Shown: one piece after another, positions 1 through 7,445 of the stretch
How the letters are laid out: each line of letters starts with the position of its first letter
How positions within the stretch are numbered: the first letter of the stretch is position 1
Assembly (NCBI GenBank): GCA_016840855.1
Contig: JAEORO010000071.1
Span: forward strand, 1 to 16,842
Source of the DNA: Candidatus Thorarchaeota archaeon
GTDB lineage: Archaea > Asgardarchaeota > Thorarchaeia > Thorarchaeales > Thorarchaeaceae
Direction of reading: 5' to 3'
Length of the DNA: 16,842 nt
The notes under the pieces: generated by a model
What the model was told of the DNA's origin: nothing
The model's database searches: none
What the model saw: only the letters and a program-made list of their open reading frames with translations
Program-made: the position numbers and the translations under genes

Positions 1-158
1 CTAGTGGTTTCTGTCCCATCATCAACTGTTGTTTCAGTTTCATCTTCTGTTGTGTCATCCTCTGTGGTTGTTTGTGCTTTGGCACTCACAGCAGATGATA
101 ACACGAGGAAGAGTAACATCACAAGAAATGCTTTGTTAATAGTAGCGTGCTTCATCAT
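1..158 (-). CDS. 5' part of a secreted/surface protein (signal peptide + acidic Thr-rich linker); continues beyond window start
   Basis: Not in the ORF track. Manual translation from ATG 158: MMKHATINKAFLVMLLFLVLSSAVSAKAQTTTEDDTTEDETETTVDDGTETT..., open to position 1. It has a basic N-terminus, hydrophobic core and AxA cleavage-like site. TATA-like TTATATA lies ~30 nt upstream. Confidence 0.85.
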   Translation of the reverse strand, partial: MMKHATINKAFLVMLLFLVLSSAVSAKAQTTTEDDTTEDETETTVDDGTETT

Positions 159-188
159 TGAATCACTGAACCAACTGTCCAAAGTTAG

Positions 189-195
189 TATATAA
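189..195 (-). promoter_or_regulatory. Putative archaeal TATA box for the 1..158 gene
   Basis: Minus strand TTATATA ~30 nt upstream of the ATG at 158. Confidence 0.5.
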
Positions 196-377
196 CGTAT
201 GTTAAGCAAGTTTGTAGTATTGTGGAAAAAAAAGGAGCTCATAATGCTTTATTTCGATATAGAAGCTTCATAACGTTTCAGAACATTTCTATGAGCAAAT
301 AGAAATTATTTTGTCTCTATATCTGAACGGGCTCATCGTTTGACTCATTGCCAAAGTATCCACAGGAAATCAAAGCC

Positions 378-410
378 GAAAGAAAACCCAGAGGGTCTCG
401 CAAAACCCTC
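378..410 (-). terminator. Putative terminator hairpin + T-rich tract
   Basis: Minus strand GAGGGTTT-TGCG-AGACCCTC (8-bp stem incl. G-U) followed by TGGGTTTTCTTTC, ~16 nt after the stop of 427..1239. Confidence 0.55.
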
Positions 411-426
411 AACTCTTTTGTTCTGT

Positions 427-1239
427 TCAACTACGTCTGCGGTAGATAATAACTAATAGAATCACTACGCCGACACCGATTCCACCAAACAGACCAAGCA
501 ATACTGGATCGATTGGTAGAGGAGTTGCAGTTGTTGTGGGTGTTGTGGGTGTTGTAGTAGTCAAATCCACATGATTCCAGAATTCTTCGGGATCATCATA
601 AACAACGAGGTTATCGATTGCAGCACCAGCGGCATCATTGCAAATGAACTGGAGATAAATGGAGCTTGTTACTAAGGTGTGGGTCGTGTTAGCAACGATT
701 GTTCCATTGAAAGCGACCAAGAATCGACCTTCACTTGTTCTGCTTACAACAATACGGTGCCATCCCTGTAGTGGATCTATAATGATGTTTTTGTAAACTG
801 ACCAACTAGATCCTACAATTGACCAGAGAACGAACTTGTTATCATCTAAATAGGCTCCAACAGAAACAAACGATGCGTTTCCAAATTCGATAAAACTAGA
901 TCCGTTGGACAGGAACTCGACATAGATATTCCCCTCACCATCGTCATCGTCTGGTACAAACATATCGAAAACCCAGGTTCCAACACTCGTATCACTGTCG
1001 TGCCTGGCAATGTTGACATCATCATCAAGTGAGACCAAAGTACCAGATGCATGTGAGAAGTTACCTTCTGTCGGGACTGGATATCCATCATATATGTATC
1101 CGAATATCGTCCAATCTTCTAGCGGACCTTCAAAGTCCTCACTCCAGACCTCATCCGCATTAGTAGTAGTTGTGCAAACTGAAACGCAAAGCACAACCAT
1201 TGTAAATCCTGCAATCAGGTGTTTCCATTTTGTTTTCAT
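427..1239 (-). CDS. Membrane-anchored secreted protein, beta-rich (possibly ConA/LamG-like) domain
   Basis: Signal peptide (MKTKWK + hydrophobic stretch), 'WSEDFE...WHRIVVSR...IDNLVV' beta-sandwich-like motifs, TTP linker, C-terminal TM ending in RRRS. SD GAGGGTGA precedes the ATG, which directly abuts the upstream stop. Confidence 0.85.
   Translation of the reverse strand: MKTKWKHLIAGFTMVVLCVSVCTTTTNADEVWSEDFEGPLEDWTIFGYIYDGYPVPTEGNFSHASGTLVSLDDDVNIARHDSDTSVGTWVFDMFVPDDDDGEGNIYVEFLSNGSSFIEFGNASFVSVGAYLDDNKFVLWSIVGSSWSVYKNIIIDPLQGWHRIVVSRTSEGRFLVAFNGTIVANTTHTLVTSSIYLQFICNDAAGAAIDNLVVYDDPEEFWNHVDLTTTTPTTPTTTATPLPIDPVLLGLFGGIGVGVVILLVIIYRRRS
532..558. repeat. 9-bp tandem repeat (TGTTGTGGG x2 + one degenerate copy) encoding the Thr-Thr-Pro linker
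   Basis: Read directly at 532-540, 541-549 and 550-558. Confidence 0.7.
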
Positions 1240-2544
1240 TCAATCACCCTCCTTTGTCCACGCGACAAATAATTGACCATTCTGTGTATCCGCTTCTGAA
1301 AAATTGTCAAATACAGAGGATAGATGGTTGGAGGCTATCATTCCAAGAATAGTCAGACCACCAGATGTGTTGTAGATGATATCAGAAACAAAGAAACCAG
1401 CAGCCTGAAATGAGCGTGTCCAAATAGTGGTGCCATTTGCATCAAAGCACTCAAGGTAAACATCTGGGTGGCGACAGCCCATCTCACGTATACCAACTGT
1501 TTCAAAAGCAACGAATCGGTCAGGACTCAACTCCTGAATACCATGCACACAGAAGTCAACATCTCGCACCCATATGATTTCTCCTTCAATGTTAAAACGA
1601 ATGATGTGATGATAGTACCAGCCCAAGTATTCACCATTACTGCATTGTTTTATCCAAAACAGCCACAATGCTGATGTTGAATTTGTGAACACTCTCGAAA
1701 TTTCATTGCCATGATTATCAAGTCGGACTATTCCAATAGGACCATCGAAAACAGGTGCATAGGGTATTGTGAACCCGCCTGTCATATCTTCAATAATATC
1801 TGTCATCGAAGCGAAGTGGGGATATGTCTGATTCCAGATTACATTCAGATCTGTATCAATGCGGGCTATCCAAAAAGGTGAAGCATCAACAGTGAAGTAG
1901 ATCTCTTTTGCTAGAATGAATCCCCCCTCATCACAATGTGAAAATCCACTCAACCAGCCAAAACGCCAACTCTGTTCTCGAACAAAGTCACCTTCATCAT
2001 CAATGACTATGATCTGAAATAGGCCCTTATACTTGTGGTCGTTGTACTCCTCGATGTAATGCCCAATCGCAAGATCCCCATTACTCATCTCCGTTATCAA
2101 ACGAATTTCAAATGTTTTTCCATAGGTTCTGTTCCAAAGCGGATTGTAGTTCTCATCAGTCAGTATCACCCAAAGTTGACGATAAGCAGTATCGTTCTCG
2201 TGATAACCTGCAATTGCAAATCCTCCCGTAGTCAATTCAGTTATCTTTCCCCAAAACGGATAGGGACCCAAATGAATACTGGTATTGTAGAATACAGGTA
2301 TTGTTGCATTCTGCACAAGCTTACCATCCTGATCCACATCCATTAGCAATACATCGAAGCTATCTGTCGTTAATGGAAAAATGAATGGAGCTGGAACTAA
2401 GGTCGAAAATGATGAAAAGAACAAAATTGTGATTGCACCAAGTGACATTGTGATAGTCCAAGGTTTCTGATGCCAAATTCTACTCCTCGATAGAGTAGGA
2501 GGAACTGGGCATATTCTTAATCTATTTTTTATTCTTGATTCCAC
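1240..2544 (-). CDS. N-terminally anchored extracellular beta-propeller-like repeat protein
   Basis: One TM near residues 33-55, then ~6-7 repeats of 'GGF.I.G...W..(R/T)D..G...W.RTY'. Many N-x-S/T sequons. GTG start preceded by GGGAGGCGA; overlaps the upstream gene by 16 nt. Confidence 0.8.
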   Translation of the reverse strand: MESRIKNRLRICPVPPTLSRSRIWHQKPWTITMSLGAITILFFSSFSTLVPAPFIFPLTTDSFDVLLMDVDQDGKLVQNATIPVFYNTSIHLGPYPFWGKITELTTGGFAIAGYHENDTAYRQLWVILTDENYNPLWNRTYGKTFEIRLITEMSNGDLAIGHYIEEYNDHKYKGLFQIIVIDDEGDFVREQSWRFGWLSGFSHCDEGGFILAKEIYFTVDASPFWIARIDTDLNVIWNQTYPHFASMTDIIEDMTGGFTIPYAPVFDGPIGIVRLDNHGNEISRVFTNSTSALWLFWIKQCSNGEYLGWYYHHIIRFNIEGEIIWVRDVDFCVHGIQELSPDRFVAFETVGIREMGCRHPDVYLECFDANGTTIWTRSFQAAGFFVSDIIYNTSGGLTILGMIASNHLSSVFDNFSEADTQNGQLFVAWTKEGD

Positions 2545-2999
2545 TTAAGTCGCCTCCCAATTATATCCACTAGGTAAACGCCGATTTCTGTTGGAGGCTT
2601 GTCATCTGGAAGAGGGATCTCCCACTCCTCTGCCAGTGTTTGAAGAGTCCTAAGGCATTGGTCTTCCATTTCGCAAGAGCCACAAGCGCGCTCGTGCTCA
2701 TACCAAATCTGAAGACCAATTTTTGGAGAATAGAAGATGTAGGTGTTTGTATCGTAAGCAGCACAATATCCCTTTGCAATACCATATCGTGTGCTAAGTC
2801 GTTCTATATGTACTCGATTGACTGATGCTGTATGCTGTAGGAGTTTGAGGATTCGTTCCTCAGCTGTCTTTTGAGCCATGGTGACAAATGGTCGCGATAC
2901 CTTCAGATCCTTGGCTATCTCTGAGGGTTTCTCCCTCTGACGACGCCTGAGCCAGATGATTCCCTGTTGTTTTGTGGGATATCGAAGATATCTGAACAT
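2529..2999 (-). CDS. Putative transcriptional regulator: N-terminal HTH + C-terminal His/Cys cluster
   Basis: HTH-like 'PSEIAKDLKVSRPFVTMA'; putative metal site 'WYEHERACGSCEMEDQC'. First gene of a tightly coupled 3-gene unit. Confidence 0.8.
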   Translation of the reverse strand: MFRYLRYPTKQQGIIWLRRRQREKPSEIAKDLKVSRPFVTMAQKTAEERILKLLQHTASVNRVHIERLSTRYGIAKGYCAAYDTNTYIFYSPKIGLQIWYEHERACGSCEMEDQCLRTLQTLAEEWEIPLPDDKPPTEIGVYLVDIIGRRLKWNQE

Positions 3000-3003
3000 T
3001 TGT

Positions 3004-3058
3004 CTAACCTTCTGAGTTAACGCGAATACCTTAACAGAATTAACCTAAATACTTTAAC
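3004..3058 (-). promoter_or_regulatory. Array of five GTTA(A/G) boxes, putative autoregulatory operator
   Basis: Plus strand CTAAC 3004, TTAAC 3017, 3031, 3040, 3054, immediately upstream of the HTH gene ATG. Confidence 0.5.
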
Positions 3059-3140
3059 TACTTTCTAATAAGTTCTTCGGAGTTCTAGAGTTCACTACGC
3101 AACAATACTACTGCAATTGCCAATATGTTTGTACTAATCA

Positions 3141-3177
3141 CCGGCGCTTCCATCCTGTAAGAATGGAAAAACGCCAG
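3141..3177 (-). other. Strong 3' RNA hairpin downstream of the small ORF (terminator/stability element)
   Basis: Minus strand CUGGCGU-UU-UUCCAUUCU-UAC-AGGAUGGAA-GCGCCGG. Three G-U pairs work only on the minus strand. Confidence 0.6.
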
Positions 3178-3197
3178 GATCCAGTATAAGGTTTGAA

Positions 3198-3308
3198 CTA
3201 AACACCAGACCAACCGATGTCCAATTTATCTTCTATCACAGGAATGTGTCTCCGATGAGAGTTCCGATTCCTGTTCCTAGGTCCTCTAGAATTATTATGT
3301 CTGCCCAC
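3198..3308 (-). CDS. Unannotated 36-aa Arg/Asn/His-rich small protein
   Basis: GTG at 3308 lies 4 nt after a perfect GGAGGTGA (3313-3320). Translation MGRHNNSRGPRNRNRNSHRRHIPVIEDKLDIGWSGV-TAG. Below the ORF-track length cutoff. Confidence 0.55.
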   Translation of the reverse strand: MGRHNNSRGPRNRNRNSHRRHIPVIEDKLDIGWSGV

Positions 3309-3433
3309 AATCTCACCTCCCTTGTGTTTGGGAATCGAATGTAAAGCTACATGAAGTTACCACAAGGAAATTGCATTGGTGAAAAACAGATGTGGGCGAG
3401 CATCCCTTCTTCCAGAGTGGATTACCAAGGATG
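3303..3433 (-). promoter_or_regulatory. Structured 5' leader sequestering the SD and start codon of the small ORF
   Basis: Nested helices 3391-3397/3303-3309, 3378-3382/3313-3317, 3361-3369/3318-3326, apical 3348-3352/3339-3343; adjacent hairpin 3401-3433. Confidence 0.55.
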
Positions 3434-3609
3434 TTTCTTGTGACCTTTTGCATGAATATTATCATGATGTCTACATTCGCCTTGAAAACTAAGTTGCGTA
3501 AATTTGGTATTAAATATTGAGTGACCATGAAAATACAATATAATGCATCTATGGGTCCTTTCACAAAGTAGTGCTTGAAAAATCTTCTATTTTCAAAAAC
3601 CACTTTGCC

Positions 3610-3641
3610 GAGAAGCCGCCATTTACAGGAATGGCGGTCTC
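3610..3641. other. GC-rich hairpin/inverted repeat
   Basis: GAGA-AG-CCGCCATT-TACAGG-AATGGCGG-TCTC; folds on either strand. Confidence 0.6.
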
Positions 3642-3782
3642 ATCAATGAGAGGAGAGTCATCAGATGCTGGAAACAATAAATGAATTCATCCTTTCGACG
3701 AGTTTGTCAGTATAGAATCAACTCTAGAGTCTACAGCAGTAACCACAACTACACTCATTGACTGGTGAGGCGTTTATACAAA

Positions 3783-4976
3783 TCATTCAATAATGAGGCT
3801 CTGAAGGTCTCTCGGATATTTAGTCAATATTTCAATCCCATCTTCAGTTACAACGAAGGTATCACTATGTCTAAATCCTCCAAGCCCCTTCTCATAGATT
3901 CCAGGTTCGCAAGAGAATATCATGCCAGGTTTGAGAACATCCTCTGAACCTTTGTCTAAGAAAGGTCGTTCATGGCCTTCCATTCCAAGAGCGTGACCAG
4001 TGTGATGCCGGACTAGGTGAATAACTTCGCATTCTTTGAAGACCTGACGCGCAGCTTGGTCAACATCTGAGCAGTACACGCCAGGTCCAGCAGCTTGAAG
4101 TGCTGCATCCTGTGCGGCAAGCATTGCATCAAAGAGCTCATGTTGTCTTTTGCTTGGCTCACCCATGAACATAGTTCGTTCTAATTCCGATTGAACACCA
4201 TAGACATCTGAAGAAGCCCCGGTAACTAGTGTATCACCTCTTTTGAAAACAAGACCCTTCGACAGAGCATGTGGAAAATATGAGTTTGGGCCAATCTGAC
4301 CTCTGTAGAGTGCAACTGCTGGAAACATTGAGAATCCAGTAGGATAATAGTCATCACCAAGCTCAGTTATCATGTCGTGAGAACCTTGAGTACTTGCTCT
4401 GATTGTAACATCGATTTCATTGGCTCCAACTTCGGTGTATTCTTGGAGATACTTGTGTACTCTATCAGCCCATCTGGAAGATTCACGCATCAAGTCGATC
4501 TCTTCGGATTCTTTTATCAACCGCATCTCCATAATGATGTCAGGAAGGAGCTTGAATTTTAGACCTGTGACTTCCTCAAGATTAGGTCCTTTATATCCCC
4601 AATAACTTGGAGCTCCAGGTGCTTCTGATGAAACTCTGTTAGGAACAAGTTTCAGCTCATTCTTCAATATTGATGCTAGGTGATACATTGGATGTCGCTC
4701 ATCAGGATATTCAAAGTACGAAAAAACCTGAGATACAAATGGCACTTGATGGTGTACATGGTCTATCTCGAGTGATGGTACAAAGAAGTTGACATCACCT
4801 TTGTGGATGATTAGGATAATGGGTCTCTCAGTTGGAATGAATGATAGTCCAGTGAGGTAAAACACATTCTTTGAATTGAAAACAAGGATCGTTTCAATAT
4901 CCTGCTCCTGAAGGTTAGCACAAAGTTTCTCAACTCTCATTTTATGCTGGTTTGGTGTTAGGTAAGTGCGTCGCAA
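3783..4976 (-). CDS. M24-family (Xaa-Pro peptidase/creatinase-like) hydrolase
   Basis: Creatinase_N-like N-terminus (NVFYLTG), 'MRLIKESEEI', 'PHA', 'ERT', 'HHTGHALG..GHERP', 'EPGIY', 'GFRHSDT'. TTG start with AGGAG SD. Confidence 0.9.
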   Translation of the reverse strand: MRRTYLTPNQHKMRVEKLCANLQEQDIETILVFNSKNVFYLTGLSFIPTERPIILIIHKGDVNFFVPSLEIDHVHHQVPFVSQVFSYFEYPDERHPMYHLASILKNELKLVPNRVSSEAPGAPSYWGYKGPNLEEVTGLKFKLLPDIIMEMRLIKESEEIDLMRESSRWADRVHKYLQEYTEVGANEIDVTIRASTQGSHDMITELGDDYYPTGFSMFPAVALYRGQIGPNSYFPHALSKGLVFKRGDTLVTGASSDVYGVQSELERTMFMGEPSKRQHELFDAMLAAQDAALQAAGPGVYCSDVDQAARQVFKECEVIHLVRHHTGHALGMEGHERPFLDKGSEDVLKPGMIFSCEPGIYEKGLGGFRHSDTFVVTEDGIEILTKYPRDLQSLIIE

Positions 4977-5049
4977 GTTTGTACGCTCCTATTTAAAATA
5001 TCGAATAGACTTCTCAATAAGCGTTACCAATTTTCACACTATAGGAAGT

Positions 5050-7299
5050 TTAAGATGATACATCAACAGAATGTAGTCTGATAGAAAATAATCGACCGTC
5101 ACAAATATCATTTTTCTCGATTGATTCCATTTCAAAATGCCCATTCAGTGATTCGGTCATCAGCTGTGCTGCCAATAGTCCCAATTTTCCACTACTATAA
5201 TCAGCCTCTTTATCAGCTCTTCTTCCTGCTGCTTTTATATCAATTTGCCAAAAATTACTTCCTGAATGCTCAATCTCGTTCATATTAATTGTAACTCGTT
5301 CGCCTCGTTCTCGACATTCTAAAGCGCTATAGAGGATATTTAGGATAATCTGAACGAGATGATCATTCGCCATAACATATGCATTTGCTTCTTCTGATTT
5401 GAATTCGACAATGAGTTCTCCAGACCCAACTCGGCGAGTGAATATATCAAGTGCACTTACGATTGTATTCACTAAATTGGTGGGTCGAAGCTCAACAGCT
5501 TTCAGTTTATCGGCTTCGCTCAGGAGACGGACATTACTGATCAGTTGTTCCGAAAATGAAATCACCTGACGTCCGTCATCGGCAAGTCGAACTCGTTTTG
5601 TTTCAGATAAATCATGAGACCCAAGAAGCTCAAGGGATGTCATCATCATTTGATTATAATTTGAAACATCATGCATGAGAAGGTCTGCATACATGTTTGC
5701 CCGTTTATGTGAAGATTCAACTTCATGCATTGATTTCACATACAATCCTATCAAAATGGGTGGCCCAGCAAGAAGCCCTGCAAACATGAGAATTTCCGAT
5801 ACCCACCAGCCTGGAGTCCATGTTGCGTAGTATGCCTTGAGAATGTTTGGGAGAATCCACATACTCAAGAAGAATGTCACATATAGTTCTACAGGCGAAC
5901 GACCTTTCGATCCTTCAGCTAAAAGGAAAATAATGTATGCGAATGCGAACATAATGAATAAGTTTGAACTTAGAATAAGAGTACTCCCCAGTGGATTGTA
6001 CTCTTGTTCGTGAGATATTGAAAGTACTATTTGGTTTATTATTTCTCCAGCTACAACAGTAGCAACTAAGCCAGCCAAGATAATGAGAAGTTGGTAAAGT
6101 GATGGAGGATTTCCTCGTTCTAGTGGAGGTTTCTTTGTCCATAGGATCGTGAGATAAAGCAACCCAACTGTCAATAGACTTCCAACAGTGATAGGAGTAA
6201 TTGGTTCTCCATATGGAGTCAGAAATGGAAACACCAATGAGAATACGAGTACTATCGCGATTCCAGCCCACATTCCAAAAACTAGTATCAATGGATAATG
6301 ATTCCAAGATGTCCGTTTCTTTGGATAGACATACAGTAGTATCGCCATCATTATTGAGAGCGTTGCAGCTCCAAGGTGAATAATGGAATAAGCCAAGAGG
6401 TTGAAAACATCAATTGGCCCGAATAATTCTAGTGTTTCTATACCGATTGTTATTAGAAATGGAAAATAAGCTATGAGAATTAGTCCGATTACAACACCAT
6501 ATGCAGTTCTGCGCTTGTAACCTTCTGTCCGTAGGAAAGGTACGCCCATACACAATGCAAGGAGCAAGTACCCTGCCATCTGTAGGCTCTCTGCAAATTC
6601 CCAATTCATAGTTGGATTTGGAAGTGAGAATAGAAGAGATACTACCGAGATGGAAAATAGGAGTAGAGAGCTGGCTAGGTATCCAGAATCAAATGGGAAT
6701 CCATAACTCCTAAATCTTGGAATAAGGAGAATTACCGTCACAAAACCAATTAGTGTAATGCCGCCAAGAACCCAACTTATACCACTTAAAAGAACAGGAG
6801 TTATGTAATTCGAAACAAATAGCCACACGATCCCGAAAATTATCAATGGCAGAGATATGAGCATCACAATCAGAATATTGTTTGGAATAGAGGAACTGAC
6901 TTGAGTGCTCTGTTTAATGGCACAAATATAAGCACTTACAAAGAGAACCGCGAGCATCGCAAGCTCAAAAAGGTCACCAATCATATCGATAGGAACTCTC
7001 TCGACAGTGGCGTCTCCAAGAAAGAAGAGATTCTTTACTGCACTTCCGATGTGTACAAACATAGGAAAGATCAATGCAGACATGAGCATCATGTATGCAC
7101 GAACCGGTTTCCTCTGATAGGCTAAAACACTCAGCGCTGCAGGGATAGCTATCCAAAATGCCATCATGGCATGGACACCTAGTCTTGTGGCAGGTGTGTA
7201 GGACACAAGGCCACCTGGTCTTATTGCAAGCGCAACAGCCATGATAGTGATTGGTACTAAGACCAGAACCTTTGCGAAAGCTCGTCTTAAACCTCTCAC
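5050..7299 (-). CDS. Polytopic membrane sensor histidine kinase-like protein with degenerate HATPase domain
   Basis: About 15-16 hydrophobic segments, coiled coil, H-box 'DLLMHDVSNYNQ' (His at 5671-5673), 'QIILNILYSA' N-box-like and 'GKLGL' G2-like segments. GTG start with AGGAG SD. Confidence 0.85.
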   Translation of the reverse strand: MRGLRRAFAKVLVLVPITIMAVALAIRPGGLVSYTPATRLGVHAMMAFWIAIPAALSVLAYQRKPVRAYMMLMSALIFPMFVHIGSAVKNLFFLGDATVERVPIDMIGDLFELAMLAVLFVSAYICAIKQSTQVSSSIPNNILIVMLISLPLIIFGIVWLFVSNYITPVLLSGISWVLGGITLIGFVTVILLIPRFRSYGFPFDSGYLASSLLLFSISVVSLLFSLPNPTMNWEFAESLQMAGYLLLALCMGVPFLRTEGYKRRTAYGVVIGLILIAYFPFLITIGIETLELFGPIDVFNLLAYSIIHLGAATLSIMMAILLYVYPKKRTSWNHYPLILVFGMWAGIAIVLVFSLVFPFLTPYGEPITPITVGSLLTVGLLYLTILWTKKPPLERGNPPSLYQLLIILAGLVATVVAGEIINQIVLSISHEQEYNPLGSTLILSSNLFIMFAFAYIIFLLAEGSKGRSPVELYVTFFLSMWILPNILKAYYATWTPGWWVSEILMFAGLLAGPPILIGLYVKSMHEVESSHKRANMYADLLMHDVSNYNQMMMTSLELLGSHDLSETKRVRLADDGRQVISFSEQLISNVRLLSEADKLKAVELRPTNLVNTIVSALDIFTRRVGSGELIVEFKSEEANAYVMANDHLVQIILNILYSALECRERGERVTINMNEIEHSGSNFWQIDIKAAGRRADKEADYSSGKLGLLAAQLMTESLNGHFEMESIEKNDICDGRLFSIRLHSVDVSS

Positions 7300-7401
7300 A
7301 TTACAGTCTCCTGTAGAGATGGGCTAGAATATTGAGAGAGAAAAGCCTTTCTTGCGTAATCCTGTTGAAAAATCGGCTAATTCTTGCGCTGAACTAAGAG
7401 C

Positions 7402-7409
7402 TATATAAT
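7402..7409 (+). promoter_or_regulatory. Putative TATA box for 7446..7802
   Basis: TATATAAT ~37 nt upstream of ATG 7446; SD GTGGTGA at 7435-7441. Confidence 0.5.
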
Positions 7410-7445
7410 TAATTCATCATAGATGTCATACTGCGTGGTGAATTT

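Noticed and set aside
4-195. 63-aa plus-strand ORF
   Set aside because: Antisense shadow of the minus-strand signal-peptide gene at 1..158.
3236-3310. Alternative TTG ORF (MWADIIILEDLGTGIGTLIGDTFL) ending TGA-TAG; possible toxin or selenopeptide
   Set aside because: Only 2 nt from the SD, no Sec-type redox motif and no recognisable SECIS.
3419-3433. 14/15 match (GGATTACCAAG.ATG) to minus strand 13018-13032
   Set aside because: Matches of this length are expected by chance in a window this size.
3313-3603. 96-aa minus-strand ORF
   Set aside because: No SD or recognisable motif, and it spans the AT-rich promoter-like segment and structured leader. Its stop overlapping the GGAGGTGA leaves a leader-peptide role possible but unsupported.
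3636-3700. Hammerhead-like CUGAUGA/UUGAUGA and GUC-GAAA on the minus strand
   Set aside because: Stems I, II and III cannot all be formed in any permutation.
7349-7388. TTCTTGCG direct repeat 32 bp apart in the divergent promoter
   Set aside because: Only two 8-mers; too weak to call an operator.
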